Position numbers and translations under genes: made by a program. From assembly GCA_043788365.1 (NCBI GenBank), contig JAYVTZ010000002.1, positions 124,032 through 188,031 on the forward strand: 64,000 nt of DNA. The letters run 5' to 3'. Below, piece by piece: positions 1 through 7,781 of the stretch. Below the pieces are notes generated by a model that saw only the letters and a program-made list of their open reading frames with translations, was not told where the DNA came from and did not search any database. Origin of the DNA: Burkholderiaceae bacterium. Lineage in GTDB: Bacteria; Patescibacteriota; Saccharimonadia; Saccharimonadales; AQU-01. Position 1 is the stretch's first letter, and each line of letters starts with the position of its first letter.

Positions 1-572
1 ATAACCAAATCTTGGAAGCGCTCTAAGTTATCTGTTTCATAAGATACGACAAACTCATAATCATCAACTCCGTATGAATACAATAGACACTGTCTTATTT
101 TACTATAACCGAGCCCGACTTTAACGTGTTCACCCATGATTTTTCGACGTGTTTCAAAATCCAGCTGATGCCACTCAGTAGTTTTGGTGAATGGATAAAC
201 AATAAAATACGGCAATCGGTCAGTAAAGTTTTGAATCGTCTGTTCTGGATTGCCAAGTCGGCCACTATATTGTGATGCCCGAGCGATGCCAAAATATGAA
301 TAACTTAAATTTAGCAGCTCACCAAAATCTAACCTATTAATTTGATTAGTAAGCTCATTCACTGCTTCAGGCTTTTGGGCTCTTAACCAAAGCATAAAGC
401 TTGTACCGACTTTTAGTCCTTCAGTTATATACGATTCGATAATTATGTCTTTTTGACTAACGATGGTTTTAAGAAACCGTTTTTTAGCAGATGCCTGTGC
501 ATCCTCAGTTAGACGATAAAATTTTTTATTAAGACTAAAGAATAAATAACTGTGGTATTGGTGTTCATCCAT
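1..572 (-). CDS. chdC: Coproheme decarboxylase ChdC/HemQ (chlorite dismutase family), 3' end runs off the window
   Basis: Not in the ORF track. Manual translation from ATG at 572: MDEHQYHSYLFF...YFIVYPFTKTTEWHQLDFETRRKIMGEHVKVGLGYSKIRQCLLYSYGVDDYEFVVSYETDNLERFQDLV. Shows Cld/ChdC motifs YPFxK, W..L..E.R...M.EH and S.G.DD.E. Follows hemC-hemD. Confidence 0.85.
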   Translation of the reverse strand, partial: MDEHQYHSYLFFSLNKKFYRLTEDAQASAKKRFLKTIVSQKDIIIESYITEGLKVGTSFMLWLRAQKPEAVNELTNQINRLDFGELLNLSYSYFGIARASQYSGRLGNPEQTIQNFTDRLPYFIVYPFTKTTEWHQLDFETRRKIMGEHVKVGLGYSKIRQCLLYSYGVDDYEFVVSYETDNLERFQDLV

Positions 573-609
573 TTATCTAATTATACCACTGATAACACTT
601 AGCCGGCAG

Positions 610-1371
610 CTATTCAGAGAGCGATGAAAGGCTATCGATAACTGATTCTAAAAACGGCTGCTTGGCGGTTGCGACATTTGCGAAGCCAGCGTTTAGCAAC
701 GCTTCAGCAACACTCGGACCAATTGCTACAACCGGCAATCGCTTGGCGATTTTAAGATCGCCTGCTATCAAAAAGTTAACAAAACCAGCCACGGCGGATG
801 GGCTAGCAAAGGTTATAAAATCTACCTGATTAGCTTGGAGCATAACAGAGAATTTAGGGTCTTTTGAGGTAACATTGGCGGTTTGATAAATTCGTAAATC
901 AGTCACTAAAGCACCACGCTTTTTAAGAATATCAGGTAAATCATCAGAGGCAATTGTGGTTCTTAGTAACAGGATTTTTGTGCCCTTAACCGGCTCGAGC
1001 TCTTCGCCAAGCGCCTGACTAGACGAAGTAGATGGTATAAACTCCGCCCGTACACCGATCGTGGCAAGTTCAGATGATGTTTTGCTACCTATAACCGCAA
1101 CTTTAGGTAATCTAAGTTGTTTTAAATTTATACCCGCTTGCGTAACTAACAATTTGAGATAGCGCACACCACTGGCGCTGGTAAAAATCAACCAGTCGTA
1201 ATCTTCTAATTTGCTAAGTTCAGTAATAATTGTTTGATCGAGTTTAACTGGTGCCATTGTAATTGTTGGCAAGTTATAGACTTTAGCGCCAAGTGCCACC
1301 AACTTATCATGCCATTCTAAGCTACCCCTTGGACTCCGCGTTACTACTACGGTTTTGTTTTTCAATGACAT
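610..1371 (-). CDS. hemD: Uroporphyrinogen-III synthase
   Basis: VVVTR, YDWLIFTSASGV, AVIGSKT, FASPSAV and VAIGPSV motifs; adjacent to hemC. Confidence 0.92.
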   Translation of the reverse strand: MSLKNKTVVVTRSPRGSLEWHDKLVALGAKVYNLPTITMAPVKLDQTIITELSKLEDYDWLIFTSASGVRYLKLLVTQAGINLKQLRLPKVAVIGSKTSSELATIGVRAEFIPSTSSSQALGEELEPVKGTKILLLRTTIASDDLPDILKKRGALVTDLRIYQTANVTSKDPKFSVMLQANQVDFITFASPSAVAGFVNFLIAGDLKIAKRLPVVAIGPSVAEALLNAGFANVATAKQPFLESVIDSLSSLSE

Positions 1372-1372
1372 A

Positions 1373-2287
1373 CTACTGCCAGCCCGCCCTTACCCCGTCA
1401 GCTAGTAATTCGTTAGCAAGGCTTTCGATTAGTTTTAAAATGTCTGATTTTGGTCCCGACACTGATTTAAGAACAGTATTTTTGGCGTCCATGCTACCGA
1501 CAGTACCAAAAATATTAACTTTCGTATTTTTCACCTCAACATAGCAACCAACTGGTAACTTACAGCCACCACCAATAATGCTTGAAAACAGTTGCTCAGC
1601 CCGGCATGATAAGACCGTATTTTCATCTTGAAGCGCTAATAAAATATCCCTAATTTTGTTATCTTCTTGGCGAAACTCAGCCGCCAACACTGCTTGCCCA
1701 GTGGCTGGCACAAATTCGCTCGGGCTAAAATATTGTGTTATTTTGTCGCTCAGACCTAGTCGACTAAGACCAGCAGACGCCAAAACGATAGCATCATAGT
1801 TGTCGCTATGTAACTTCTCTAGTCTTGTCTCAACGTTGCCCCGTACACTAGTAACAATTAGATCTGATCGATGATGCAAAAGTTGTGCTCTGCGACGTAT
1901 GCTGTCTGTTCCAACAATTGCGCCTTTTGGTAAATCTTTCAAGCTACCAACATTTTTAGCAACCAATACATCTCGAGGATCATCGCGCTTTAATACCGGC
2001 AACGACACTAAGCCCTGTGGTAAATCTGGTGGTAAATCTTTTAAGCTATGAACTGCAAAGTCAATTACCCGAGCACTAAGTGCCGTTTCAATTTCTTCGG
2101 TAAACCAAGTTTTGCCAATCGTATCCAGTGGGATTGGACTAAGATTTTTGTCGCCCTTAGTGACTATAATTTTAGTCACTACGTTAAGATCTGGGAATTT
2201 CTCATGTAGTGCAGTTACTACCAAATTAGTCTGAATTAACGCCAGGCGACTACCTCGCGTACCAACTACTAAGCGCTTGTTTGTCAT
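1373..2287 (-). CDS. hemC: Hydroxymethylbilane synthase (porphobilinogen deaminase)
   Basis: VGTRGSRLALIQ, AVHSLKDLP, RGNVETRL and GGCKLPVG (cofactor Cys). Start moved to ATG 2287, which lies 6 nt downstream of TGcTACCAT. Confidence 0.95.
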   Translation of the reverse strand: MTNKRLVVGTRGSRLALIQTNLVVTALHEKFPDLNVVTKIIVTKGDKNLSPIPLDTIGKTWFTEEIETALSARVIDFAVHSLKDLPPDLPQGLVSLPVLKRDDPRDVLVAKNVGSLKDLPKGAIVGTDSIRRRAQLLHHRSDLIVTSVRGNVETRLEKLHSDNYDAIVLASAGLSRLGLSDKITQYFSPSEFVPATGQAVLAAEFRQEDNKIRDILLALQDENTVLSCRAEQLFSSIIGGGCKLPVGCYVEVKNTKVNIFGTVGSMDAKNTVLKSVSGPKSDILKLIESLANELLADGVRAGWQ

Positions 2288-2438
2288 CCATGAATGGTAG
2301 CACAGACTATTGTACAATTTCGACCGGAAAACACAGTTACCTACTGCTTAGAGAGACGTCAATAACGGCATCGGGTTATTGATTTCTAATTTAATAAAGA
2401 ATAGACTGGAATTACAGATATTAACAAAGGAATTATCA

Positions 2439-3044
2439 ATGCGTATATATGCAAAAGTTAGTTTCATCACCACTGCTATTTTATTAGCGGTCGTTACTGG
2501 CGTGCCAGCAACAGCATTAGGAGCCATAAACTCTCATGCTAATGCACAGGCCAACACAGCAACCAATAGTGAAACGAGTGACAATCAATCAACTTCACCT
2601 GGCTCAGAGGCAGCTACAAGATTAGCTGCAGCAAAACTTAAAGTTTGTCAAAACCGCGAAAAAGCAATCAATAATATTTTGAGTAGAATTGCTGACCGCG
2701 GTAAAAAACAATTAGATTTATTTACCACTATCGCTACTAAGACCGAGACCTTCTACACTAATAAAGGTAAAACTCTTAGTAACTACGATGCTTTGGTGGC
2801 CGACGTTACGGCTAAAAAAGATATGGCCCAAACTGCCGTCGATACAATCAAAAATAGTAGTGTCAGCTTCAAATGTGATGGTACCGATCCAAAGGGTGTA
2901 ATCAGTGGTTTCAAGGATAGTCTTAAATCAGAAATTGAGGTGCTAAAGGCCTATAGAACTAGCGTCAAGAACCTGATTGTTGGTGTTAAATCCGTCCAAG
3001 GTACCACTTCTTCGAGCGATAATAAGACAACGGGGAGTAACTAA
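2439..3044 (+). CDS. Secreted helical hypothetical protein
   Basis: AAAGGA RBS before ATG 2439; N-terminal signal peptide; long helical region with two Cys. Confidence 0.7.
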   Translation: MRIYAKVSFITTAILLAVVTGVPATALGAINSHANAQANTATNSETSDNQSTSPGSEAATRLAAAKLKVCQNREKAINNILSRIADRGKKQLDLFTTIATKTETFYTNKGKTLSNYDALVADVTAKKDMAQTAVDTIKNSSVSFKCDGTDPKGVISGFKDSLKSEIEVLKAYRTSVKNLIVGVKSVQGTTSSSDNKTTGSN

Positions 3045-3046
3045 TC

Positions 3047-3358
3047 ATGAAGATCTACTCTAAACAATCTGGATTCTCGGCCGTTGAGGCATTAATCGTA
3101 ATAGTTGTCGTAGGTTTGATTGGTTTTATTGGATATAGTGTATATAACAGTAATCACACTAAAACTACCAACAATGCTGTCAGTACGACTTCGTCTACTA
3201 CAACATCTACTGCCAAAGCCAACGATGTTGCTACGGCACCTAACATTAGCTCAACAGCCGATCTAGACAAAGCCTCAGCAACTCTTGATCAAACCGATCC
3301 AGCAACCAGTAACAGTACCGATTCTAGCCAACTCGACACTCAATTAGCTAGCTTCTAG
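3047..3358 (+). CDS. Small prepilin-like protein (class III signal peptide)
   Basis: KQSG/FSAVEALIVIVVVGLIGFIGY matches the G/FxxxE prepilin motif; Ser/Thr-rich C-terminus. Confidence 0.75.
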   Translation: MKIYSKQSGFSAVEALIVIVVVGLIGFIGYSVYNSNHTKTTNNAVSTTSSTTTSTAKANDVATAPNISSTADLDKASATLDQTDPATSNSTDSSQLDTQLASF

Positions 3359-3366
3359 CCAGCTAC

Positions 3367-4851
3367 TTAAGACTTGCCCTGGACCAGAACTTTGCCGGTG
3401 CAAATATCTACCTTATGGTTACAACTTGGGCATTCCCAGCAGTCCGGCTTAACAACTTCCGCCTTTTTGACATATTTGCGACACTTAATACACCTAATCT
3501 CACCTGTCATGGACTCCTTTTTGCTGCCTAATTCGGCATCGGCACCACTAGCCACATCATCCTTTACCTTGCTCAGATCAGGTGCATCGAATTTTTCCCC
3601 CTGTTTGAGTGCAGATGGGCACGAGGTAGATTTTTCAGTTGCTTTGGCCTTATTCTCGGCCAAGGCAGCTAGAGCAAGATTACCGTTTTGGGCGAATTGC
3701 CTGGCATCAATGATGTGTCCAGCTGAGGTTGCACCAAATACTCTTGGGTCAATTGTATTGTCGACACTAATAGCGTGCTTAACCATACTCTCACCAGCCA
3801 ACTTGCTGACTCTTTGAACTGCTTCCACTGGTGTTTTAATAGTGTCTACCTCGGCTATCAGCTGATCGACGATCTTATCAACCGTTGGGGCTAACTTTTG
3901 CTCGCGCTCCTCGCAAAACTTCTCATACTCTTGGTAATCTTGAACTTCTTTATCTTCGCCAAAGAATGTACCACCTGCGTGCTTATCCAACAAACTAACC
4001 AGATCCGAAACGCCATTGGGCATCATGGCCTTTGGTATCAATAATGGTTCATCAATTATCCGAACTGCTGTCTTGCCCTTATAGTCTACGCCTAGCTCGT
4101 CTGCCATACCTTCAACCGCCTGCTTGTCGTGACGTTCTCGCCCTGGTGCCGCAACCCCAGCCACAAACGCCGATGACATTTCTAACTCAACTCTCGACCC
4201 TTCGTCCTGATTGTCGATTTCTGTAGTCGCCTGGATGACAGTAGACTTGGAATCAACGAAGAAGTTGTTTTCTGATAGTTCTTCGTCGGTCATGTCGTCA
4301 GCGCAGCGTGAGACAACGACAAAGTAATTATCCTTTAGTTTTCCCTGCCGACGCAATTGCTCAAGCCTAAAACCGTTGCGGGTCTCGGCCTCTGAACGAC
4401 CTCGCATTTTAGGAGTCTCCGATGCATACAATAGGCTATTCTCGTAAACCGATTCCATTGACTGACCAAATTGGACGATGCCTTCCACTTCATCAACCTC
4501 AAGCTTAGTTTTAGTGATATTTCCTGACTTATAAACACGTTCCGTAAGATCAGTCGTAACATTTCTTTTCACTAATTGTCTAGCCGTCTCATCTCCCCAA
4601 GCCGCATCGTGAATCGCTTCTTGTAGTGACCTGATTTGGGGTTCTGGCTTATCTGCTTCTACAACTGTTTCAACTTCTACTGAATTTAGTGCGGTCGCTC
4701 CCACGCCCTTAATAAACCTCTCTGCCCTCGCCTTAACCATTCGGTCTTCCGGCATTTCGGCGATATTAACCACCCTCGTACGCTCTGGCGGCTCAGGCTC
4801 AAATAATCGATAATCTTGTTCTAATAGTTCGGCAGTGGCGGCCATAGACAT
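3367..4851 (-). CDS. Hypothetical protein with Cys-rich (zinc-ribbon-like) C-terminus
   Basis: 494-aa ORF ending CIKC...CWECPSC...C; AGGAG RBS; lies behind the riboswitch. Confidence 0.75.
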   Translation of the reverse strand: MSMAATAELLEQDYRLFEPEPPERTRVVNIAEMPEDRMVKARAERFIKGVGATALNSVEVETVVEADKPEPQIRSLQEAIHDAAWGDETARQLVKRNVTTDLTERVYKSGNITKTKLEVDEVEGIVQFGQSMESVYENSLLYASETPKMRGRSEAETRNGFRLEQLRRQGKLKDNYFVVVSRCADDMTDEELSENNFFVDSKSTVIQATTEIDNQDEGSRVELEMSSAFVAGVAAPGRERHDKQAVEGMADELGVDYKGKTAVRIIDEPLLIPKAMMPNGVSDLVSLLDKHAGGTFFGEDKEVQDYQEYEKFCEEREQKLAPTVDKIVDQLIAEVDTIKTPVEAVQRVSKLAGESMVKHAISVDNTIDPRVFGATSAGHIIDARQFAQNGNLALAALAENKAKATEKSTSCPSALKQGEKFDAPDLSKVKDDVASGADAELGSKKESMTGEIRCIKCRKYVKKAEVVKPDCWECPSCNHKVDICTGKVLVQGKS

Positions 4852-4887
4852 AAAAATACCCTTACTCCTATTTGCAGGTAGAAAGGG
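4852..4887 (-). promoter_or_regulatory. RBS-sequestering or terminator-like hairpin (riboswitch expression platform)
   Basis: Minus strand CCCTTTCTACCT-GCAAAT-AGGAGTAAGGG-TATTTTT-ATG; the stem contains the AGGAG Shine-Dalgarno. Confidence 0.55.
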
Positions 4888-4907
4888 CTATAAATACAGC
4901 TTGATTG

Positions 4908-5020
4908 CTCCTGCACGGGAGACTTATGTGTTGCTGTATCGGACTTGTCAATAGTGGTGACTTACCGTTGCGGCACAGTTCCTGATTTACACAGGATTCC
5001 AGCTCATGATTTGTTAAGTC
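4908..5020 (-). promoter_or_regulatory. Cobalamin riboswitch (short, class-II / AdoCbl-variant-like)
   Basis: Minus strand: GCT-GGAA, P4 TCCTG-TGTAAAT-CAGGA, P5 ACTGT-GCCGCA-ACGGT, hairpin GTCA-ccactat-TGAC, B12-box-like AAGTCCGATAC-AGC, then CTCC-CGTGCA-GGAG (kissing-loop hairpin). TATACT -10 box at 5023-5028. Confidence 0.82.
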
Positions 5021-5071
5021 CTAGTATAGTAACACAAAATCTAGGCGCTATATGTAGTATTTTTGATTTTA

Positions 5072-5767
5072 TTAAATAGCTCGTAAACTACGTAAAACAT
5101 CGGGGAAGGTTTTCTCGTCCGGATGTGCCGATGCGTCGGTGTAAACAATGAAGTACTTATGGACGCCCTCTCTTACACCTGTTAGCTTAACTTCGTTGAT
5201 GCCATCGGGCGAGCCGATGCCAACGACGTTACGTAGACTGTTTGGTATATCACAGATAAATTTCGTGCCCTGCCATGTAACTTCAATTGGTTTTAGCTTG
5301 GCGGCAGCTTGTGGACTGAGCTTGAGAGTTTCTTGGTTAAACGTAATACAGTTTTCCGACGCCAAATCAACGCCTAGCCGATCTTCCTGACCGGTAACTG
5401 GTAGGACGCGGTTGATAGCCAGTGTGGCTGGGACAGTATCGACGTAAATATCTATGGTTCTAGCTGTCGATTCTTTGGTTGTACCCTTCCATGAAATTAC
5501 ATGGACTGGTTTCTCGCGCCGAACATACTCGGTCCAGTCACCCGGTAAGTCCATCTCGAATGTCGGTTCTTTGATGTGTTTTTTTGGAGGTTCATCATTC
5601 GCAGTTGGTACTAGAATTGCTCCATTATCATTTATCCGGACGTGCGGACGCCTTAAGTAAAGCCAGATTAAAACTACTACGGCCACAAAGATAGCCAATT
5701 TAACCATGAGTCTTAGAAAAGCATAGCGTTTTTTCTTGCGCTGAACGCGACGGTTAAAAAGATACAT
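5072..5767 (-). CDS. Membrane-anchored hypothetical protein
   Basis: Basic N-terminus, one TM helix, extracytoplasmic domain. Confidence 0.7.
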   Translation of the reverse strand: MYLFNRRVQRKKKRYAFLRLMVKLAIFVAVVVLIWLYLRRPHVRINDNGAILVPTANDEPPKKHIKEPTFEMDLPGDWTEYVRREKPVHVISWKGTTKESTARTIDIYVDTVPATLAINRVLPVTGQEDRLGVDLASENCITFNQETLKLSPQAAAKLKPIEVTWQGTKFICDIPNSLRNVVGIGSPDGINEVKLTGVREGVHKYFIVYTDASAHPDEKTFPDVLRSLRAI

Positions 5768-5782
5768 GATGAGTATGGTCTT

Positions 5783-6580
5783 TTATTTAACGAAAATGAT
5801 TATAAGAACTAGGGCTGCCAAGCTCAAACGGTAATAGGCGAATATCGCTAGGCTGTGCTTGCCGAGGTAGCCAATCATAAATTTGATAGCGAATAAGCCA
5901 GTTACGAAAGCCGTCAGTACGCCAATTATAAATAGGCTAGCGTGATTGGATATGTCTGTAATTGCAGCGTGTTTGGCTAAAACTTTTAGGATTGCTCCAG
6001 CAGTGATTGGAATACCAAGCAGGAACGAAAAACGTGTTGCCGCTACTCTGTCGAGACCCAAAAATAGACCGGCTGTTATGGTGCTACCTGACCTAGAAAC
6101 GCCGGGCACAATCGCGGCTGCCTGAGCAAAACCCATAGTTATTGCTTGTTTGTTCGAGATATTTTCAAGCTTAACTGAATCTTTGTATCGCTTGGCAAAT
6201 CTTTCGGCCCAAAGCATGACCAGGCCAAAAACCGCTAGGTTAATGCTAACAAGTGTAGCTGAGCGAAACTTTGATTCGGCGGCACTCTCAAACAAGAAAC
6301 CTATAACAGCCGCTGGTATGGTAGCAGTGATCAATAACCAAACGAGTTTAGTCTGATCATCTTTAACAAATAATGCCCTTAACATGTTAAGTAAGTCTTT
6401 GTAGAAGTAAATTAGGAGCGCTATTAAAGTACCGATATGTAGTGCGACATCGAATGTAAAGCCGTTCTGGGTGATGCCCATAGCCTTCTGCATGAGTAAT
6501 AAATGCCCAGAGCTAGAGACAGGTATAAACTCAGTAAGCCCCTGAACAATGCCTAAAATAATTGCTTGAATAATCGTCAC
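5783..6580 (-). CDS. uppP: Undecaprenyl-diphosphatase BacA/UppP
   Basis: QGLTEFIPVSSSGH and PGVSRSGST motifs. Confidence 0.96.
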   Translation of the reverse strand: MTIIQAIILGIVQGLTEFIPVSSSGHLLLMQKAMGITQNGFTFDVALHIGTLIALLIYFYKDLLNMLRALFVKDDQTKLVWLLITATIPAAVIGFLFESAAESKFRSATLVSINLAVFGLVMLWAERFAKRYKDSVKLENISNKQAITMGFAQAAAIVPGVSRSGSTITAGLFLGLDRVAATRFSFLLGIPITAGAILKVLAKHAAITDISNHASLFIIGVLTAFVTGLFAIKFMIGYLGKHSLAIFAYYRLSLAALVLIIIFVK

Positions 6581-6625
6581 TCATCAAGTATAGCCTAGGC
6601 CAAGTTATAAGCCAAAGACCAATCG

Positions 6626-7084
6626 CTAAGGAAGTCTCTGTTTCAGCTCCGCAAGTCTAGCGACAAAACTTTGAGCGGCGGCGTCTAGTCCTAAAACTCT
6701 CATCGCAGCCAATAGAGTTTGCAAATCTTCTACTTGAATTTCAGTCAAAATAGCGCTTTGTTCGGCCGTAACAAAAAAATGTTCGACCTTTTCGACTAAC
6801 CACTTTTCTTCACCGGGTTTGACGATGTTGGTTGACAGCTTAGTAGCCTCAGCGCTGGCCACAACTTCTAGCGAACGAGCCGAATGATCACGCTTTTTGA
6901 GGTGTCCCCGCTTAATCAAATTATTGACGTGTAGCGCTACACTGGCCACCGAGGTATAGCCCTTGCCAGTCATAATTTCGCGATAGCTCGGACTATAACC
7001 GTGCTCGGCAATGAATTCTTGGATATAAGTCAGTAGTTCGCGCTGTTTCTTAGTTGGCCTGATTACTTCATTTGTTTCAGCCAT
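6626..7084 (-). CDS. LexA-type DNA-binding domain protein lacking the S24 peptidase domain
   Basis: TKKQRELLTYIQEFIAEHGYSPSYREI...L...GHLKK..HSARSL is a LexA wHTH; the short helical C-terminus has no AG cleavage site or GDSM motif. Confidence 0.8.
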   Translation of the reverse strand: MAETNEVIRPTKKQRELLTYIQEFIAEHGYSPSYREIMTGKGYTSVASVALHVNNLIKRGHLKKRDHSARSLEVVASAEATKLSTNIVKPGEEKWLVEKVEHFFVTAEQSAILTEIQVEDLQTLLAAMRVLGLDAAAQSFVARLAELKQRLP

Positions 7085-7087
7085 ATT

Positions 7088-7582
7088 TTAACCTTTATTA
7101 GCATAAGTTATCGGGCCGTGTGGCCGATGAGCCACCACTCTTGGCAAGGTAGTCTTGATTGTCTTTTTCTTAAACTTGTCAGGGAACACCCAGAGCTTAT
7201 ACCAAAAGTAGTTCCAAACTGTGAAAAAGCCCGACGAAGCAAATTGACCCAGATATGGGCTAATTCCAACTTGTTTTAGTCCCCACACAATGAAGTAGTC
7301 GATAACAAAATCGACTAGCGTAATAATTGCGTAACGGGTAGTGACTTGGGTTTTTTGGTCATTTAATTTGGCGTTCTGGAACACCCAGTAGCGTTGTAAT
7401 ACATAGTTAACAATCCAGCCGACGATATTGGCTGATAGTTTGGCCCACCATAGGTTAAGGTGTAGCACTTTGTCGGCCACAAAAAAGACGCCGTAACCCG
7501 TCCAAAAATAAGCCCCTCCGCTAATCATGTACTCAACGACACGGATTACTTCCCTACGACTGATAAGTTTATTTTTCTTCAT
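7088..7582 (-). CDS. GtrA-family membrane protein (putative lipid-linked sugar flippase)
   Basis: Four TM helices with NYVLQRYWVF and NYFWYKLWVF motifs; start reassigned to MKKNK. Confidence 0.8.
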   Translation of the reverse strand: MKKNKLISRREVIRVVEYMISGGAYFWTGYGVFFVADKVLHLNLWWAKLSANIVGWIVNYVLQRYWVFQNAKLNDQKTQVTTRYAIITLVDFVIDYFIVWGLKQVGISPYLGQFASSGFFTVWNYFWYKLWVFPDKFKKKTIKTTLPRVVAHRPHGPITYANKG

Positions 7583-7610
7583 GTTCGTTGTTTGTACTAT
7601 ATAGCAGATG

Positions 7611-7640
7611 GAGTCTAGAGTCACGAATCTGGAGTCAAGA
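7611..7640 (+). repeat. Degenerate heptamer tandem array
   Basis: GAGTCTA GAGTCAC GAATCTG GAGTCAA GA. Confidence 0.6.
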
Positions 7641-7657
7641 AGGTCAAATACGACCCT

Positions 7658-7740
7658 CATTGTCATCCCAGGCCTGTCCCGGGATCCAGTATATTAATGA
7701 ATTATTAGTTCTAAATTTCCGCTCGTAGGCAGAAATGACA
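7658..7740. repeat. REP/RPE-like palindromic element (paired TGTCAT...ATGACA halves)
   Basis: CATTGTCATCCCAGGCCTGTCCCGGGATCCAGT (7658-7690) matches the reverse complement of 51452-51484 at 31/33. A degenerate inverted second half at 7711-7740 ends ATGACA. Confidence 0.75.
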
Positions 7741-7781
7741 CAAGAGTATTAGTGCCTGTATAGGGTTGAGCCCTGCTACTC

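Noticed and set aside
95-292. 65-aa ORF from the track
   Set aside because: Out-of-frame shadow within the real chdC gene (1-572)
1-572. Chlorite dismutase (perchlorate respiration)
   Set aside because: Distal position appears to be Gln rather than Arg, and the hemC/hemD context favours coproheme decarboxylase
7583-7666. N-terminal extension of the GtrA ORF
   Set aside because: It is a translation of the heptamer array and REP edge; the start at 7582 is more plausible
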